This document shows, one piece after another, positions 1 through 9,336 of a stretch of DNA of 64,000 nt. Below the pieces are notes generated by a model, which had not been told where the DNA came from, made no database searches, and was given only the letters and a program-made list of their open reading frames with translations. This DNA is from a candidate division FCPU426 bacterium. GTDB lineage: Bacteria > Oederibacteriota > Muellerivitia > Muellerivitales > Muellerivitaceae. The stretch lies in assembly GCA_963738405.1 (NCBI GenBank), contig CAVTWJ010000004.1:13499-77498 (forward strand), in the 5' to 3' direction. Made by a program: the position numbers and the translations under genes. Within the stretch, counting starts at the first letter, position 1. Each line of letters begins with the position of its first letter.

Positions 1-88
1 CTGATTGCAAGAATTAGTAAGATCCCATCGAATAATCTGGAATTGTTTGTTCGCATATCGCACAGAATGAGAAGGTCAAAATTTATTT

Positions 89-637
89 ATGCCGATAAAA
101 TTCAGAATCCATTCAAAAATTGATCTCGCGAAATGCAGAAAAATATTTAAAGAACACGAAAAAATGGACGTCCCTGTTGTTATTACATTGAAACAGAAGG
201 TGTTCGGCCCCCTTCCCGCAACCTATGGTCTTCGATGGACAGGTGAAAAAGATTTCGTATTAAGTCGATGGGCTTTTACCAACCGCCGTTATAGCCCCTC
301 GAGTTATGAACAAAAAATTGAATTGTTGGGGAAAATCGAAGGAACCTCAGATGAGCCCCAGTTTGTCATTCAGACTAAAAATGGGGAATGGAAGAAGATG
401 GGATGTTTTGTTATTTTTGTTTTCGTAGGTGTTTCGGCCTTCGTTGGCTTTATGGGTTTATTTGCCATTAATAAAACAGGTCTTAGGTCATGGATGTTTG
501 CCGAAATATTGCCCCTCCTTTTAAGTTTGGTATTCATCCTTAGCTTTTTTATGAATATGTTCCTTTGTTTGAGGTTTTTTAAGCGTTTGGTGAATCCCAA
601 AGACCAGCAACTTTCTGGTGTCATTTCGTCTAAATAA
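89..637 (+). CDS. Hypothetical polytopic membrane protein; the gene is markedly AT-rich relative to the window
   Basis: 182-aa ORF; the C-terminal half has 2-3 hydrophobic TM-like segments (FVIFVFVGVSAFVGFMGLFAI, ILPLLLSLVFILSFF); GC visibly low (~38%) against the ~58% background. Confidence 0.4.
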   Translation: MPIKFRIHSKIDLAKCRKIFKEHEKMDVPVVITLKQKVFGPLPATYGLRWTGEKDFVLSRWAFTNRRYSPSSYEQKIELLGKIEGTSDEPQFVIQTKNGEWKKMGCFVIFVFVGVSAFVGFMGLFAINKTGLRSWMFAEILPLLLSLVFILSFFMNMFLCLRFFKRLVNPKDQQLSGVISSK

Positions 638-698
638 ATTTTCTGGATGGTAGGATGGATTCGTAAATAGGTAATGGGTAAATAAACCGTTGGAGGAA

Positions 699-1043
699 AT
701 GATGGCACCGAAAAATGGAAAGAAGAAAGTTTTAAGCCGGGCCGCCAAAACCCTGGAACACATCAAAAAACACCACCCCCATCGGTACCGGGCCATTAAA
801 AATCCCACGCCCCGGGCCAGGCTGGGCGCCAACGTGACGGACTTACGGCTTAAGAAGGGCTTAAGCCACGAACAGCTTGCCGCCCGGTCGAAAATCGGGG
901 CCCACGTCCTTCGAAAAATCGAGGAAGCCCACCCCTCCTCCAACCCCTCGATGCAGGTTTTGGAACGCATGTCCAAGGCTTTGGGGGTGGATATCCAAGA
1001 CCTTTTTCGTTTTATCACCTTGTCCGAAACCGTAATCCGCTAA
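699..1043 (+). CDS. XRE-family helix-turn-helix transcriptional regulator
   Basis: Cro/C1-type HTH signature (LRLKKGLSHEQLAARSKIGAHVLRKIEEAHPSSNPSMQVLERMSKALGV); GGAGGA SD before ATG 699/702. Confidence 0.7.
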   Translation: MMAPKNGKKKVLSRAAKTLEHIKKHHPHRYRAIKNPTPRARLGANVTDLRLKKGLSHEQLAARSKIGAHVLRKIEEAHPSSNPSMQVLERMSKALGVDIQDLFRFITLSETVIR

Positions 1044-1137
1044 TCCGCAAGAGCCGGGGGCCGATTCCTTTTTTACCGGTGCTTCGGCGCCCCCTGAATA
1101 GATTCCCCTCGTTGAGAGCTTGGCTTAAAATTGAGTC

Positions 1138-1887
1138 ATGAGCCCTAAACGTTCCTTGGACTACTGGATTAGCGAATGGGACCGGATGCAGGAATACTAC
1201 ATTCCTGACCGCAGGGCGAGGTTCCAGACCCTCCTGTCCATCGTCCGATCCAGAAACCCAAAACCCAGGGCCATCCTTGATCTGGGGTGCGGCACCGGAA
1301 CCATCATGTTCGAATGCTTGTCGGCTTTTCCCTCCGCGAGGGTGGTCGGCGTGGACTATGACCCGACCCTTCTTTCCTTGGCCCGGGAAAGACTGGGCGG
1401 TTATTCGGCCCGAATGCAATTAATCCAGGTGGATGCGCGCCAAAAAGGCTGGATCGGGGGACTGGCGGGTGATTTTGACGCGGTGCTATCGGCCACGGCC
1501 CTCCATTGGCTCAGCGCGGGGGAACTTTCCCAACTTTATCAGCAGGTTTTTTCCCTGCTCCAGTCCGGCGGCATCTTCTTGAACGCGGACCATGCCGCCA
1601 GCCCCGACGCGGGGGTTCAGAAATACTGGAAGGATCAAATGCAAACCCTTAAGTCCCGCCCTGAGGAGGGGAAGGAACCCTGGGCCTCCTTTTGGAAAGA
1701 ATATTTGGGGGAACTAGGCGGGGAAGCCCAAAAGCGTTGGGAGAAACTCCAGGCCTCGCGCCAGGGAGTGGAAGGCGGCATGCCGTTGGATTGGCATTTC
1801 GACCGGTTAAAGGAAGCGGGTTTCCGGGAGGTCGAATGTTTTTACCGTTTCTACGCTGACGCCATTTATGGGGGTATCAAGGCATAA
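1138..1887 (+). CDS. Class I SAM-dependent methyltransferase
   Basis: Motif I ILDLGCGTGT, motif II VVGVDYDP, motif post-I; 249 aa. Confidence 0.8.
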   Translation: MSPKRSLDYWISEWDRMQEYYIPDRRARFQTLLSIVRSRNPKPRAILDLGCGTGTIMFECLSAFPSARVVGVDYDPTLLSLARERLGGYSARMQLIQVDARQKGWIGGLAGDFDAVLSATALHWLSAGELSQLYQQVFSLLQSGGIFLNADHAASPDAGVQKYWKDQMQTLKSRPEEGKEPWASFWKEYLGELGGEAQKRWEKLQASRQGVEGGMPLDWHFDRLKEAGFREVECFYRFYADAIYGGIKA

Positions 1888-1910
1888 ATCAGGCGGCGCG
1901 GCGTTGTAAA

Positions 1911-1935
1911 CCTGTCCACGACGGGGGCCCGGGCC
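1911..1935. repeat. Truncated (left-arm) copy of the dispersed palindromic element CTGTCCACGACGGGG...
   Basis: cctgtccacgacgggggcccgggcc matches the left arm plus loop of the 30-bp palindrome found at 35079, 39679, 40150 and 40784. Confidence 0.4.
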
Positions 1936-2372
1936 TATTTGACTTTCATGCTTTCCAACAGGTCGTCATAGCCCTTTTTCAGGTTTTTCATCCCCTGGTC
2001 AATCTCCGCCTTCAGCCGGTCCAAATCCTTTTCGGTGCTTTTTTTAACGGCCTTTAGTTGGGCATCCAAAACCTTTTCCTGGTGGTGCAAGCCGTGGATC
2101 TTAAGCCGAATGTCTTTATGGACGTCCTTTCCCAGATGGGCCGTGTTCTTGGAGAGCTTTTTTTCTTGAAGGCTGATTTGGGCCTTCAGGCCGTCCAAGT
2201 CCCTGCGGATTCTTTTTTCGTAATCCGCTTTCTTTTCCGCGACCAATTTCCCGGAGTCATTCATGGTTTTTTGGGCGTCCTGGGTTACGGTTTGGACCGC
2301 TTCTTCCGCTAAGACCGGGCCGCACCCCATCAATGCAAAACAACAAATAGCCAGAACCGTGAAAGTTTTCAT
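1935..2372 (-). CDS. Coiled-coil lipoprotein (hypothetical)
   Basis: Signal peptide with lipobox LMGC; K/E/L-rich heptad-like sequence; GGAGGG SD before ATG. Confidence 0.6.
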   Translation of the reverse strand: MKTFTVLAICCFALMGCGPVLAEEAVQTVTQDAQKTMNDSGKLVAEKKADYEKRIRRDLDGLKAQISLQEKKLSKNTAHLGKDVHKDIRLKIHGLHHQEKVLDAQLKAVKKSTEKDLDRLKAEIDQGMKNLKKGYDDLLESMKVK

Positions 2373-2413
2373 GAAACCCTCCTTAACTGGCGAAGGTTGA
2401 GGCTCTCCACAAT

Positions 2414-3040
2414 CTAGGATGCTTCCTTGGCCTTAACTTTAGCCTTCCCCATCATTGCCTTTTCCCTGACCGTGACCAAAAACGAGATCGACTTGAAACG
2501 GGGCTTCTCATTCAGCTTGGTGTCGGCGATGCTGAATTCCAACACTCTTATTTCCACGTCAAAGCCGGGGTAATGGATGATCCTCAGGGCGCTTCGGTCC
2601 GTGGGAATCCCGGGGCCGGGCCTGAGGGGCCGGGGGGAGAAATTATCGTCGGTCCTAAAGTCGGCGGCGGAAACTTCCCGAAGGGTGGGGACATCCTTGG
2701 TTTCCACAGGCGTCAGCAGGTCTTGGTCCGCCTCGTCTTTGGAAAAGGAAAACATATAGCCCTCAATGCCCTTTTCCCCCGACTCGGTGGTGACTTGTAA
2801 AAACAAATCGTCCCAAACCTTGCTGTAAAACCGGGTCTCATCCCCCGCGGGGAGGGCGGGCAGGCCGTCGGCCTTATCCTCGGTGAGCACCAAATAGGTG
2901 GAAGCCACCCGGAGGGGGTCGTGGGGCCCGTTGTGGTCGAACTTTTCAATGATCCGGTTGTCGTCGTCGGCCCGGCAAACGCCCGTCAGCCCGGCGGACA
3001 GGATCAAAACCATCACCCAACCCACGGTTATCTTTTTCAT
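2414..3040 (-). CDS. Secreted hypothetical protein
   Basis: Start refined to MKKITVGWVMVLILSAGLTGVCRA (signal peptide) with GGAGGG SD; no recognisable domain. Confidence 0.55.
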   Translation of the reverse strand: MKKITVGWVMVLILSAGLTGVCRADDDNRIIEKFDHNGPHDPLRVASTYLVLTEDKADGLPALPAGDETRFYSKVWDDLFLQVTTESGEKGIEGYMFSFSKDEADQDLLTPVETKDVPTLREVSAADFRTDDNFSPRPLRPGPGIPTDRSALRIIHYPGFDVEIRVLEFSIADTKLNEKPRFKSISFLVTVREKAMMGKAKVKAKEAS

Positions 3041-3116
3041 ACGCCCCTCCTTTTTCTTTTCCCGCCCCAACTTTTCCCAACAAAACCGAAACATCCTTTT
3101 TTCGGGAGGGCCCGAA

Positions 3117-3383
3117 CTACCTTCCGCGTGCCCTCGAAAATACGATAGCCCTCAGGACGATCAGGAAAAGAACCGCCCCGATGATGGACATGGCCAAGGC
3201 GCTGAAAAACCCGTTAATCCGGATATCCAGCTCATCGGCCAGGAAACCGCCGATAAAAGCGCCCAAGATTCCGACCGCCATATCCCGAACAATCCCCATA
3301 CCCCGGCCCTGGACCAGGACGCTGGACAGCCAGCCGGTAATGAGCCCGACGATCAGGTACCAAAGAAGGTCATGTCCGCTCAT
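3117..3383 (-). CDS. GlsB/YeaQ/YmgE-family (transglycosylase-associated) small stress-response membrane protein
   Basis: ~88 aa, glycine-zipper TM segments (LIVGLITGWLSSVLV, GILGAFIGGFLA, MSIIGAVLFLIVL) typical of the family; AGGAGGA SD before MSGHDLL. Confidence 0.75.
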   Translation of the reverse strand: MSGHDLLWYLIVGLITGWLSSVLVQGRGMGIVRDMAVGILGAFIGGFLADELDIRINGFFSALAMSIIGAVLFLIVLRAIVFSRARGR

Positions 3384-3397
3384 AGCATCCTCCTCAT

Positions 3398-3904
3398 TTA
3401 AAGGTAAAGGTGAGCGCCAAATTCCGGATAAACACGCAAAGAGGTGCCACCGCTGTAAAACCAAAGGGTGGGAACCACTTGAAGGTACAGGTCTAAGGGA
3501 AGACTTTTTTTCTCGAAAATATAGGAGAGCCCGATCGGGAGCCTGCCCGCCAGGGCCGCGGGGGTGTTCAGGTCGAGATTGCCGCCCACGCCGATGTAAA
3601 AGGGCATCTCGCCGTCGGATCGTCGCACGTGGATGAGGTCAAAATCGTGCCATAAATAATCCAATTGCAGCAGGGCCGCGTCGCCGGGCAGTTTCACCGC
3701 GCCCTGAAAAGCGTTTTTGCGGTCGATCCAGTATTTGCCCGTGATGCCCCAGGAACCGGGATCGCCGAGTTCCAAACCCAAACCAAAGTTTCCCCCGTCG
3801 CGCGTGGGAGAATAGCCCTCTCCCCCCCACAGCAAAGCGGGCGCTAAAACCAAACCAACCATCATCAAGCCAATCTTCAGACGCCTATCGGTAAGGAACA
3901 GCAT
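3398..3904 (-). CDS. Outer-membrane beta-barrel protein (OmpW/OmpA-like, hypothetical)
   Basis: Signal peptide, alternating hydrophobic/aromatic beta-strand pattern, Gly/Tyr-rich, ends ...AHLYL; AGGAGG SD. Confidence 0.5.
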   Translation of the reverse strand: MLFLTDRRLKIGLMMVGLVLAPALLWGGEGYSPTRDGGNFGLGLELGDPGSWGITGKYWIDRKNAFQGAVKLPGDAALLQLDYLWHDFDLIHVRRSDGEMPFYIGVGGNLDLNTPAALAGRLPIGLSYIFEKKSLPLDLYLQVVPTLWFYSGGTSLRVYPEFGAHLYL

Positions 3905-4262
3905 AGAAGCCTCCTTTTGGCCAAATCGGTTGTGAAGTTTTCTCCTTTGTTCCGGCGCTGGTTTACCGCCACATTCATTCTTTCGCTTAAAAAGTTCGAG
4001 TTAAAGCGAGGGTGTAAAAAATAATGTTCGGACGTTTACCTTTTTTTGGAACCGCTCAAATGATGCCCATGGACTTGGAAAATGATGAATTAACTAAAAA
4101 ATTTTTCAGAGCCCTTGAATTAGAAGTGGCACTTGGTTCAGCCCTTTTGCCAGGAAAAAGGCTGGTTTTGGCCGGGATTAGGGCGAAAGGGCTGCCGCCC
4201 CTGTTTGGTCCTATAATTGTTCCAGCGCTTTGTGATTTTATTTTCGGGAGAGAGGTAAAGCG

Positions 4263-5078
4263 ATGAAACTTACCCCTAGCCGTTTGGTTCTGTTAAAAGC
4301 CGCTTGGGCCTTGACGATTGTTTTTTTATTCAGCGGATGCGCGGAACAACCCGTTCCCCCGGTCTTCTGCCTATACGGCTACCAGCGCCTAGCGGTCATC
4401 CCCTTTGACAACAATACGCAGGACCCGGCCTTGGCCGCCGCCCTGCAGGACGAGATGACAAGTGAGATCGTGAATCTCAACGCCGTGCCCGTGATCGAGG
4501 CGGGACAGGTGGCAGCCTACCTGAAGTCCATCCCCGCGAAAGCATCCGACGTGCCGACGGATTCGGGCTTGCGCGAAAAGATCGCCCAGCATTTTAAATG
4601 CGACATTTTTTTAACGGGTTCGGTGGAGGGATACAACGAGTTCCTCAAGGATGAGGAGCCCCAAAGGTCGGACTCCGGGTGGGGCTTTTACACGGACCGC
4701 AAGGTGATCGTCACCAACAACGCCAAACTGATGGACCCGTCCAGCGGCAGCCTGCTTTGGTTTCGCAATAAGAACTGGGGCTCAAGTTGGCACAACACCT
4801 GGAACCCCCTTCCGATTCCTGAAACCGTGACCCTTCCGGGCCCTTTGGGCCAATTTGTCGATTTGGTTCATTTGGTTCAATACCGGTTGGACAACAAGGT
4901 GGACGTGGAACCCCCTTCGTTGGATGAAAACCCCAGCGGCGCCTTGATCTACCCCCGGAGCAGGGCTTTTGCCGGGCTTCGCCAGAAGGCCATCGTGGCC
5001 GCCGTGGGTTCTTTGGTTTGCGACTTTCAGGGCCATTACAACTGGACGCCGGGGTTAAGGGCCATCCACGCACAATAG
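4263..5078 (+). CDS. Lipoprotein with CsgG/LpoB-like N-terminal fold (hypothetical)
   Basis: Lipobox LFSGC; motif LAVIPFDNNTQDPALAAALQDEMTSEIVNL resembles the CsgG/LpoB family core. Confidence 0.55.
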   Translation: MKLTPSRLVLLKAAWALTIVFLFSGCAEQPVPPVFCLYGYQRLAVIPFDNNTQDPALAAALQDEMTSEIVNLNAVPVIEAGQVAAYLKSIPAKASDVPTDSGLREKIAQHFKCDIFLTGSVEGYNEFLKDEEPQRSDSGWGFYTDRKVIVTNNAKLMDPSSGSLLWFRNKNWGSSWHNTWNPLPIPETVTLPGPLGQFVDLVHLVQYRLDNKVDVEPPSLDENPSGALIYPRSRAFAGLRQKAIVAAVGSLVCDFQGHYNWTPGLRAIHAQ

Positions 5079-5105
5079 GAGAAAATGAATAGATGAGGTT
5101 GGGGG

Positions 5106-5131
5106 TTGCCCATGACGGGGACCCGTATTGG
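5106..5131. repeat. Degenerate copy of the dispersed palindromic element core (GACGGGGACCCGT)
   Basis: tgcccatgacggggacccgtattgg shares the central 13-nt core with the 30-bp palindromes. Confidence 0.3.
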
Positions 5132-5138
5132 AAAATAA

Positions 5139-5165
5139 ATATGTACGGTAATGTTCCGTACATAT
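5139..5165. promoter_or_regulatory. Perfect 10-bp inverted repeat ATATGTACGG-N7-CCGTACATAT immediately upstream of the antitoxin gene: candidate TA autoregulatory operator
   Basis: Palindrome 28 nt upstream of the tacA-like ATG, overlapping an AT-rich -10-like region. Confidence 0.45.
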
Positions 5166-5192
5166 GTTATTCTTAACGTGGAGGTAACGGCC

Positions 5193-5474
5193 ATGGCGAA
5201 AGCCCTTAAAACAAAAGAAGAACGCATCGAACTGAGGGTAAGGCCTCAGGATAAGCGGCTATTGGAAAAAGCCGCCCAAGCGCAAGGATTGAGCCTGAGT
5301 TCCTATCTCGTGACGCGTTCCCTCCATGCGGCCCAGGAAGATGCGATCCCGGTTAAAACCTACCTTCCGCCTAAACGGGACGTGGACTTATTTCTAAGGC
5401 TTCTGGAAAACCCTCCCGTGCCTAACGAAAAGCTTAAGGCGGCGGCACGGCGTTACCAAAAAGAAATATCCTGA
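5193..5474 (+). CDS. DUF1778/TacA-family ribbon-helix-helix antitoxin
   Basis: C-terminal LENPPVPNEKLKAAARRY closely matches the TacA consensus (LDNPPAPNEKLLAAA); RHH-like N-terminus; GGAGG SD. Confidence 0.85.
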   Translation: MAKALKTKEERIELRVRPQDKRLLEKAAQAQGLSLSSYLVTRSLHAAQEDAIPVKTYLPPKRDVDLFLRLLENPPVPNEKLKAAARRYQKEIS

Positions 5475-5483
5475 TCGTCCGTT

Positions 5484-5999
5484 ATGACAGGCCAAAAATG
5501 GAAGTTTGTCCCTATCACGGAAAAACCTAACCTCGAAGCTTTTGACTGCGGCATTTCTGAACTCAATGATTACCTGAAAAAATACGCGGGCCAGAACCAC
5601 CGCAAGGGGTTGGGAAGCACTTATGTCCTCATTCCGGCCGAAGGAGAACCGGTCGCGGCCGGTTATTACACCCTGAGCATGGCCCAGGTGGAATTACGCT
5701 CCCTGCCCGAATCCCACCGTAAAAACCTCCCGAAGTACCCTGTTCCCGCTGTCCGATTGGGCCGCCTTGCCGTTGACCGCCAATGGCAAGGAACTGGATT
5801 GGGGGAGATATTATTGATGGATGCCATCCGCCGGTCTGTTGCCGCCGTCCAATCGGTGGCCGCGAAATATATGATCGTCGATGCGAAAAACGAAAAGGCC
5901 GAGGAGTTTTATTTACGTTATGGGTTTCAACCCTTTGAAGGCGGTTCGTACTCATTGGTAGTGGCCATCGATACGTTAAAAGGACTTTTCGAGAAATGA
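5484..5999 (+). CDS. GNAT-family acetyltransferase toxin (TacT/KacT-like, acetylates aminoacyl-tRNA)
   Basis: 171 aa, acetyl-CoA motif RLAVDRQWQGTGLGEILL; lies 10 nt downstream of the DUF1778 antitoxin, the canonical arrangement. Confidence 0.85.
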   Translation: MTGQKWKFVPITEKPNLEAFDCGISELNDYLKKYAGQNHRKGLGSTYVLIPAEGEPVAAGYYTLSMAQVELRSLPESHRKNLPKYPVPAVRLGRLAVDRQWQGTGLGEILLMDAIRRSVAAVQSVAAKYMIVDAKNEKAEEFYLRYGFQPFEGGSYSLVVAIDTLKGLFEK

Positions 6000-6089
6000 A
6001 GTGAGCGGCTAGGGTTGTTCGCGACGGGGAGCACCAAGCCCCCAGCTTGGCGCAGTGGGAATAGACAATAAAAACAAGGAGGTTCCAGG

Positions 6090-6266
6090 ATGGAAAAATT
6101 CGTAGGTTACTTCATCGGGGTCGCCATCGCCATGGCGATCGCCCTCGGCATCGGGTGGCTCAAAGGCGGGGCAGATCTCACTAAGACCATGGGTATCTTT
6201 TTCGCGGGATGGATTGTCGGGGCGATCTCCATGTACATCAAAGCGATGATCGTCTATAAACCCTGA
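6090..6266 (+). CDS. Small (58 aa) two-TM membrane protein absent from the ORF track
   Basis: ATG preceded by AAGGAGG at a 7-8 nt spacer; translation MEKFVGYFIGVAIAMAIALGIGWLKGG...GWIVGAISMYIKAMIVYKP has two hydrophobic helices. Confidence 0.45.
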   Translation: MEKFVGYFIGVAIAMAIALGIGWLKGGADLTKTMGIFFAGWIVGAISMYIKAMIVYKP

Positions 6267-6284
6267 CCCGGCTTCTTGGCCCTT

Positions 6285-6845
6285 TTACTCGGCCTGAAAC
6301 TCTTTTGCTGTAATAACGGTTCCTTGGGTGGCGAAAACCTTTTCGGTTAAAACCCTGTGTACTTCCTCATCCGGGTCAAAACAAGCGTCCTTCACGACAA
6401 CGCACTGAAAATCCAAATCGCTGGCGGCCCGGATGGTGGATAAAACGATGCCGCTAGTGGAAATTCCCATGAGCACCAAATTCTCGATGCCCTGGGCCCG
6501 CAGGATCATCTGCAGGGAATTACCGGCAAAGGCGCTGACACGGTGCTTGTAGATAACCCTTTCGCCAGTCTTGTATATAGAAGGATGGATATTCGCTGAA
6601 TCCGTTCCCTTGACGAAAATTCCTCTTTCTTTAACCATCGCGAAACGCTTGTTCAAGGGGCTGATTTCGGGATAGCCCGGTTCAAACCCTATCCCTACGT
6701 GAAGGATGAAAAACCCGCCTTTTCGGGCTGTTTCCATCACTAAAGCCGCGTTGGGCAAGATATCCGTTGCCGGTGGAATAAAACCAAAGATCCCTTCTTG
6801 AATGTCCAAAGAAAGAACAGCTGTTTTATGGGGATCGAGTTTCAT
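6285..6845 (-). CDS. Isochorismatase-family cysteine hydrolase
   Basis: Isochorismatase fold motifs (TAVLSLDIQ, HRVSAF, DACFD with catalytic Cys); start refined to MKLDPHK with GGAGGA SD. Confidence 0.8.
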   Translation of the reverse strand: MKLDPHKTAVLSLDIQEGIFGFIPPATDILPNAALVMETARKGGFFILHVGIGFEPGYPEISPLNKRFAMVKERGIFVKGTDSANIHPSIYKTGERVIYKHRVSAFAGNSLQMILRAQGIENLVLMGISTSGIVLSTIRAASDLDFQCVVVKDACFDPDEEVHRVLTEKVFATQGTVITAKEFQAE

Positions 6846-6998
6846 TTTTTTCCTCCGGATGCGGAATGTAATGGGGTGCATCATACACTTTCAAGTCGCA
6901 AAACCCTCCAAGTCGAGAATCAACGCGATGTAAAAAAATGTGTTTAACGCAATATTTTTTTAGTCATTTCCGATAAGTTTTTCTAAAATGAACGCACT

Positions 6999-7865
6999 TT
7001 GAAAAACATAAATTTACCCACTGCAAATCAAAGGCCGCACATGGGCACCATGCCTGAGATTCTCGACGACTCCAAATACGCCAAGGGTACGGGCCTTTTT
7101 TCCGTTTACGAGAATGTCTCCTTTCCGGAAGACGTGAAAAAGCGCTGCATGGCCCTGTTGGAATTCGGCACCGAAACCCTCCTCAAAAACGACTTTATCA
7201 TCCTCGATTTCGTCCCTTATCCCGGTTTGGGCCGGGTGGGGCAAGACGATGTGCTGAAGTATTCGTGGATTCTTTCCGAATCCCACCGGGTGCTGATGTA
7301 TGACCCTAAAACCAAGACCTTGATCGATGAGCTTTATACCTGCAGTCCCGAAAAGGACGGCCGCTTGATGTTTGAGGCAGCCAATCAGCGCATTGGAAAA
7401 CCGGTCAAAAGCATCCTTTTGAGCGAAATTGTGAGCAAGGAAATGGCCCAGCAGGATGAGCCGGACAAGCTGTTTCATTCGGTTCAAGACGCTTCCAAGA
7501 AATTCCGCATGGCCCCCAAAAAGAACTACTGCGTCTCCACCGTGTTTTTCGATATGTCCGATACGAAGCTGGATGAGGACAGCCTGGAAACCATGCTGAC
7601 CAAGGCCTTGAACAAAGATGATCAGAAGCCGGTCATTGAATCCGCCTGCCGTTATGATCCGCAAGGCTACACCTACATCCACCAGTCCCCCAAGCATTTC
7701 GCTGGACTACACAGCTATCCCGGCACGCTGAAATCCGCTCACTTAAGCCTGATCGGAACCGGGGAAGCGGTGGTTCCGGTTTTGGAAGATATGGAAGAAG
7801 TAGTTTACAAACGCCGAAAAACCGAACCCACCATGAGCATCAAGATCGTCGCCGAAGGTTTTTAA
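6999..7865 (+). CDS. Hypothetical cytoplasmic protein
   Basis: 288-aa ORF with ordinary codon usage and no recognisable domain; the overlapping antisense ORF 7014..7697 is judged spurious. Confidence 0.45.
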   Translation: MKNINLPTANQRPHMGTMPEILDDSKYAKGTGLFSVYENVSFPEDVKKRCMALLEFGTETLLKNDFIILDFVPYPGLGRVGQDDVLKYSWILSESHRVLMYDPKTKTLIDELYTCSPEKDGRLMFEAANQRIGKPVKSILLSEIVSKEMAQQDEPDKLFHSVQDASKKFRMAPKKNYCVSTVFFDMSDTKLDEDSLETMLTKALNKDDQKPVIESACRYDPQGYTYIHQSPKHFAGLHSYPGTLKSAHLSLIGTGEAVVPVLEDMEEVVYKRRKTEPTMSIKIVAEGF

Positions 7866-8036
7866 GAATATCTTTCAAGATTTTTTACCACCACGATGCG
7901 TCCCCTTCGGGGACAGGCTTGCATCGCACCAAGTCACTAAGAACAGCAATAAGCCTTAAAATGTTTGAAATCCTTTTTTAAAATTAGCTTTTCTTGGTGT
8001 CTTTGTGCCTTGGTGGTGAAGCAATTAGAGGTGATT

Positions 8037-8699
8037 ATGTCGCAATGGCTTGAACATTACGGGATGTCGGTGAGTTTTTTGGCTTTGATCCTGGCCTTTG
8101 GGTCGGCCCTTTACGGCGTTCTTCTTAAAAAGAAAAAATCCGCGAAAGAAAAAAAATCCCCTTCCAAAGCCGCGCCCTATTTTATTTTGGCCGGCGTGTT
8201 ATCAGTGATCGCGATACTTTTAGCCGTTGGGACTGGTTTGGCTTTTCAAAAAATTCAAACCCTGAAAGCCAACGGCCCTTTTCCTTTCGGAAGCGGATGG
8301 GTCTTTTACGGTTATTACGACCAGGTGAAAAAAACTTTTCTAGCGGGGCCCTTTGAAAAAATCGCCGCCCGTTCCGCGAGCCCCAGGACGGATGACAACC
8401 TCCCGGGGAAGGGGGACTTGTTGGAGGTGATCGAGAGCGCGAAAGTTTATATTCCATATTTCAAGCAAGCGGGATCGGTCCACGAAATGGACTGTCCTAT
8501 TGTCTATAAGTTCATGATTGAGAAAAGCGATGAAACGGGCGTGGTGCTCAAACCGGGCGCTCGATTAGTGGTGAGGGATGTGGTTTCGAAAAGTTTTACT
8601 CAAAACGGAATCAGCGTTTGGGCGCGGGTGGAAAGGTTTGAACCACCCGCGGGTGGAAGCGGCGCGCCCGCGCCTCCGGCTCCCTCGGGTAAAAAATAA
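8037..8699 (+). CDS. Hypothetical membrane protein
   Basis: Start set at MSQWLEHYG (AGAGGTGA SD); two N-terminal TM helices then a soluble domain and Pro/Ala/Gly-rich tail. Confidence 0.5.
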   Translation: MSQWLEHYGMSVSFLALILAFGSALYGVLLKKKKSAKEKKSPSKAAPYFILAGVLSVIAILLAVGTGLAFQKIQTLKANGPFPFGSGWVFYGYYDQVKKTFLAGPFEKIAARSASPRTDDNLPGKGDLLEVIESAKVYIPYFKQAGSVHEMDCPIVYKFMIEKSDETGVVLKPGARLVVRDVVSKSFTQNGISVWARVERFEPPAGGSGAPAPPAPSGKK

Positions 8700-8718
8700 A
8701 TTCTTCTCAAACAAAAAG

Positions 8719-9087
8719 TCAGGCGACGTGAATCCGGTTTAACTGCTGGGAAAGTAGATCCATATCCGTTTTTTTCACCGCTAGAAATTTTAATCCCGCA
8801 AGCAAATCGGTGGCCCAGACCACATCCACAAAGGCCGTGATGGTTTCATTGCGGTCAGGTAATAGAAGCTTCAAATTTAAAAGATTCCCGGCGCTCAAGC
8901 GGCCATCCTGCGCCACGCAGAGTCCGCCCAAACTGGTATCCAGGGTTTGCGATTGGTTTTCGCTTTTTGTTAATTCGCTGACGTTATGGGCCGAAATTTT
9001 TTCCTCGAGCACCCGATACCTTACCGGCATCTTCAGGGGAACTCTTTCAAAAGCTCTTTTCTCGGCAAACAGGTTCTGGTCGGACAT
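8719..9087 (-). CDS. PilZ-domain (c-di-GMP-binding) protein
   Basis: RxxxR motif (EKRAFERV) and D-x-S-x-GG motif (DTSLGGL); start refined to MSDQNLF. Confidence 0.65.
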   Translation of the reverse strand: MSDQNLFAEKRAFERVPLKMPVRYRVLEEKISAHNVSELTKSENQSQTLDTSLGGLCVAQDGRLSAGNLLNLKLLLPDRNETITAFVDVVWATDLLAGLKFLAVKKTDMDLLSQQLNRIHVA

Positions 9088-9336
9088 TGGGAGCCATCCT
9101 TTTGTCGCTTTCAGGCGACGCTGGGTTGTAACTAGAGCTCTATATGCGCTGTAAATAGGCCCCAAATCAATTAAAACCAGGCCATAAATTGGGCAAACGT
9201 CAGGCCTGAACCGAGGTACCCATTCCTTGTTTGGGAATGGGTACACCAATTCTCGCCCTTCGGTTTGAGACCTCAGGGCATGGGCCCTCCCACCCCTTAA
9301 CCTACGTAAAATCCCTTTGTTTTATTCAAAATATTC

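Noticed and set aside
4024-4266. 80-aa ORF upstream of the lipoprotein gene
   Set aside because: It has no convincing SD or domain, could be a 5' leader, and is too weak to call as a gene.
7014-7697. 227-aa minus-strand ORF
   Set aside because: It lies entirely antisense within the better-supported + strand ORF 6999..7865, is Gly/Leu/His-rich in a GC-mirror way, and has no SD. Judged a shadow ORF.
7866-7965. Stem-loop CGATGCGTCCCC-TTCG-GGGGACAGGCTTGCATCG after gene 6999..7865 as a terminator
   Set aside because: The stem is imperfect with an internal bulge and the T-run is displaced ~25 nt downstream. It may be a weak terminator but is not confident enough to list.
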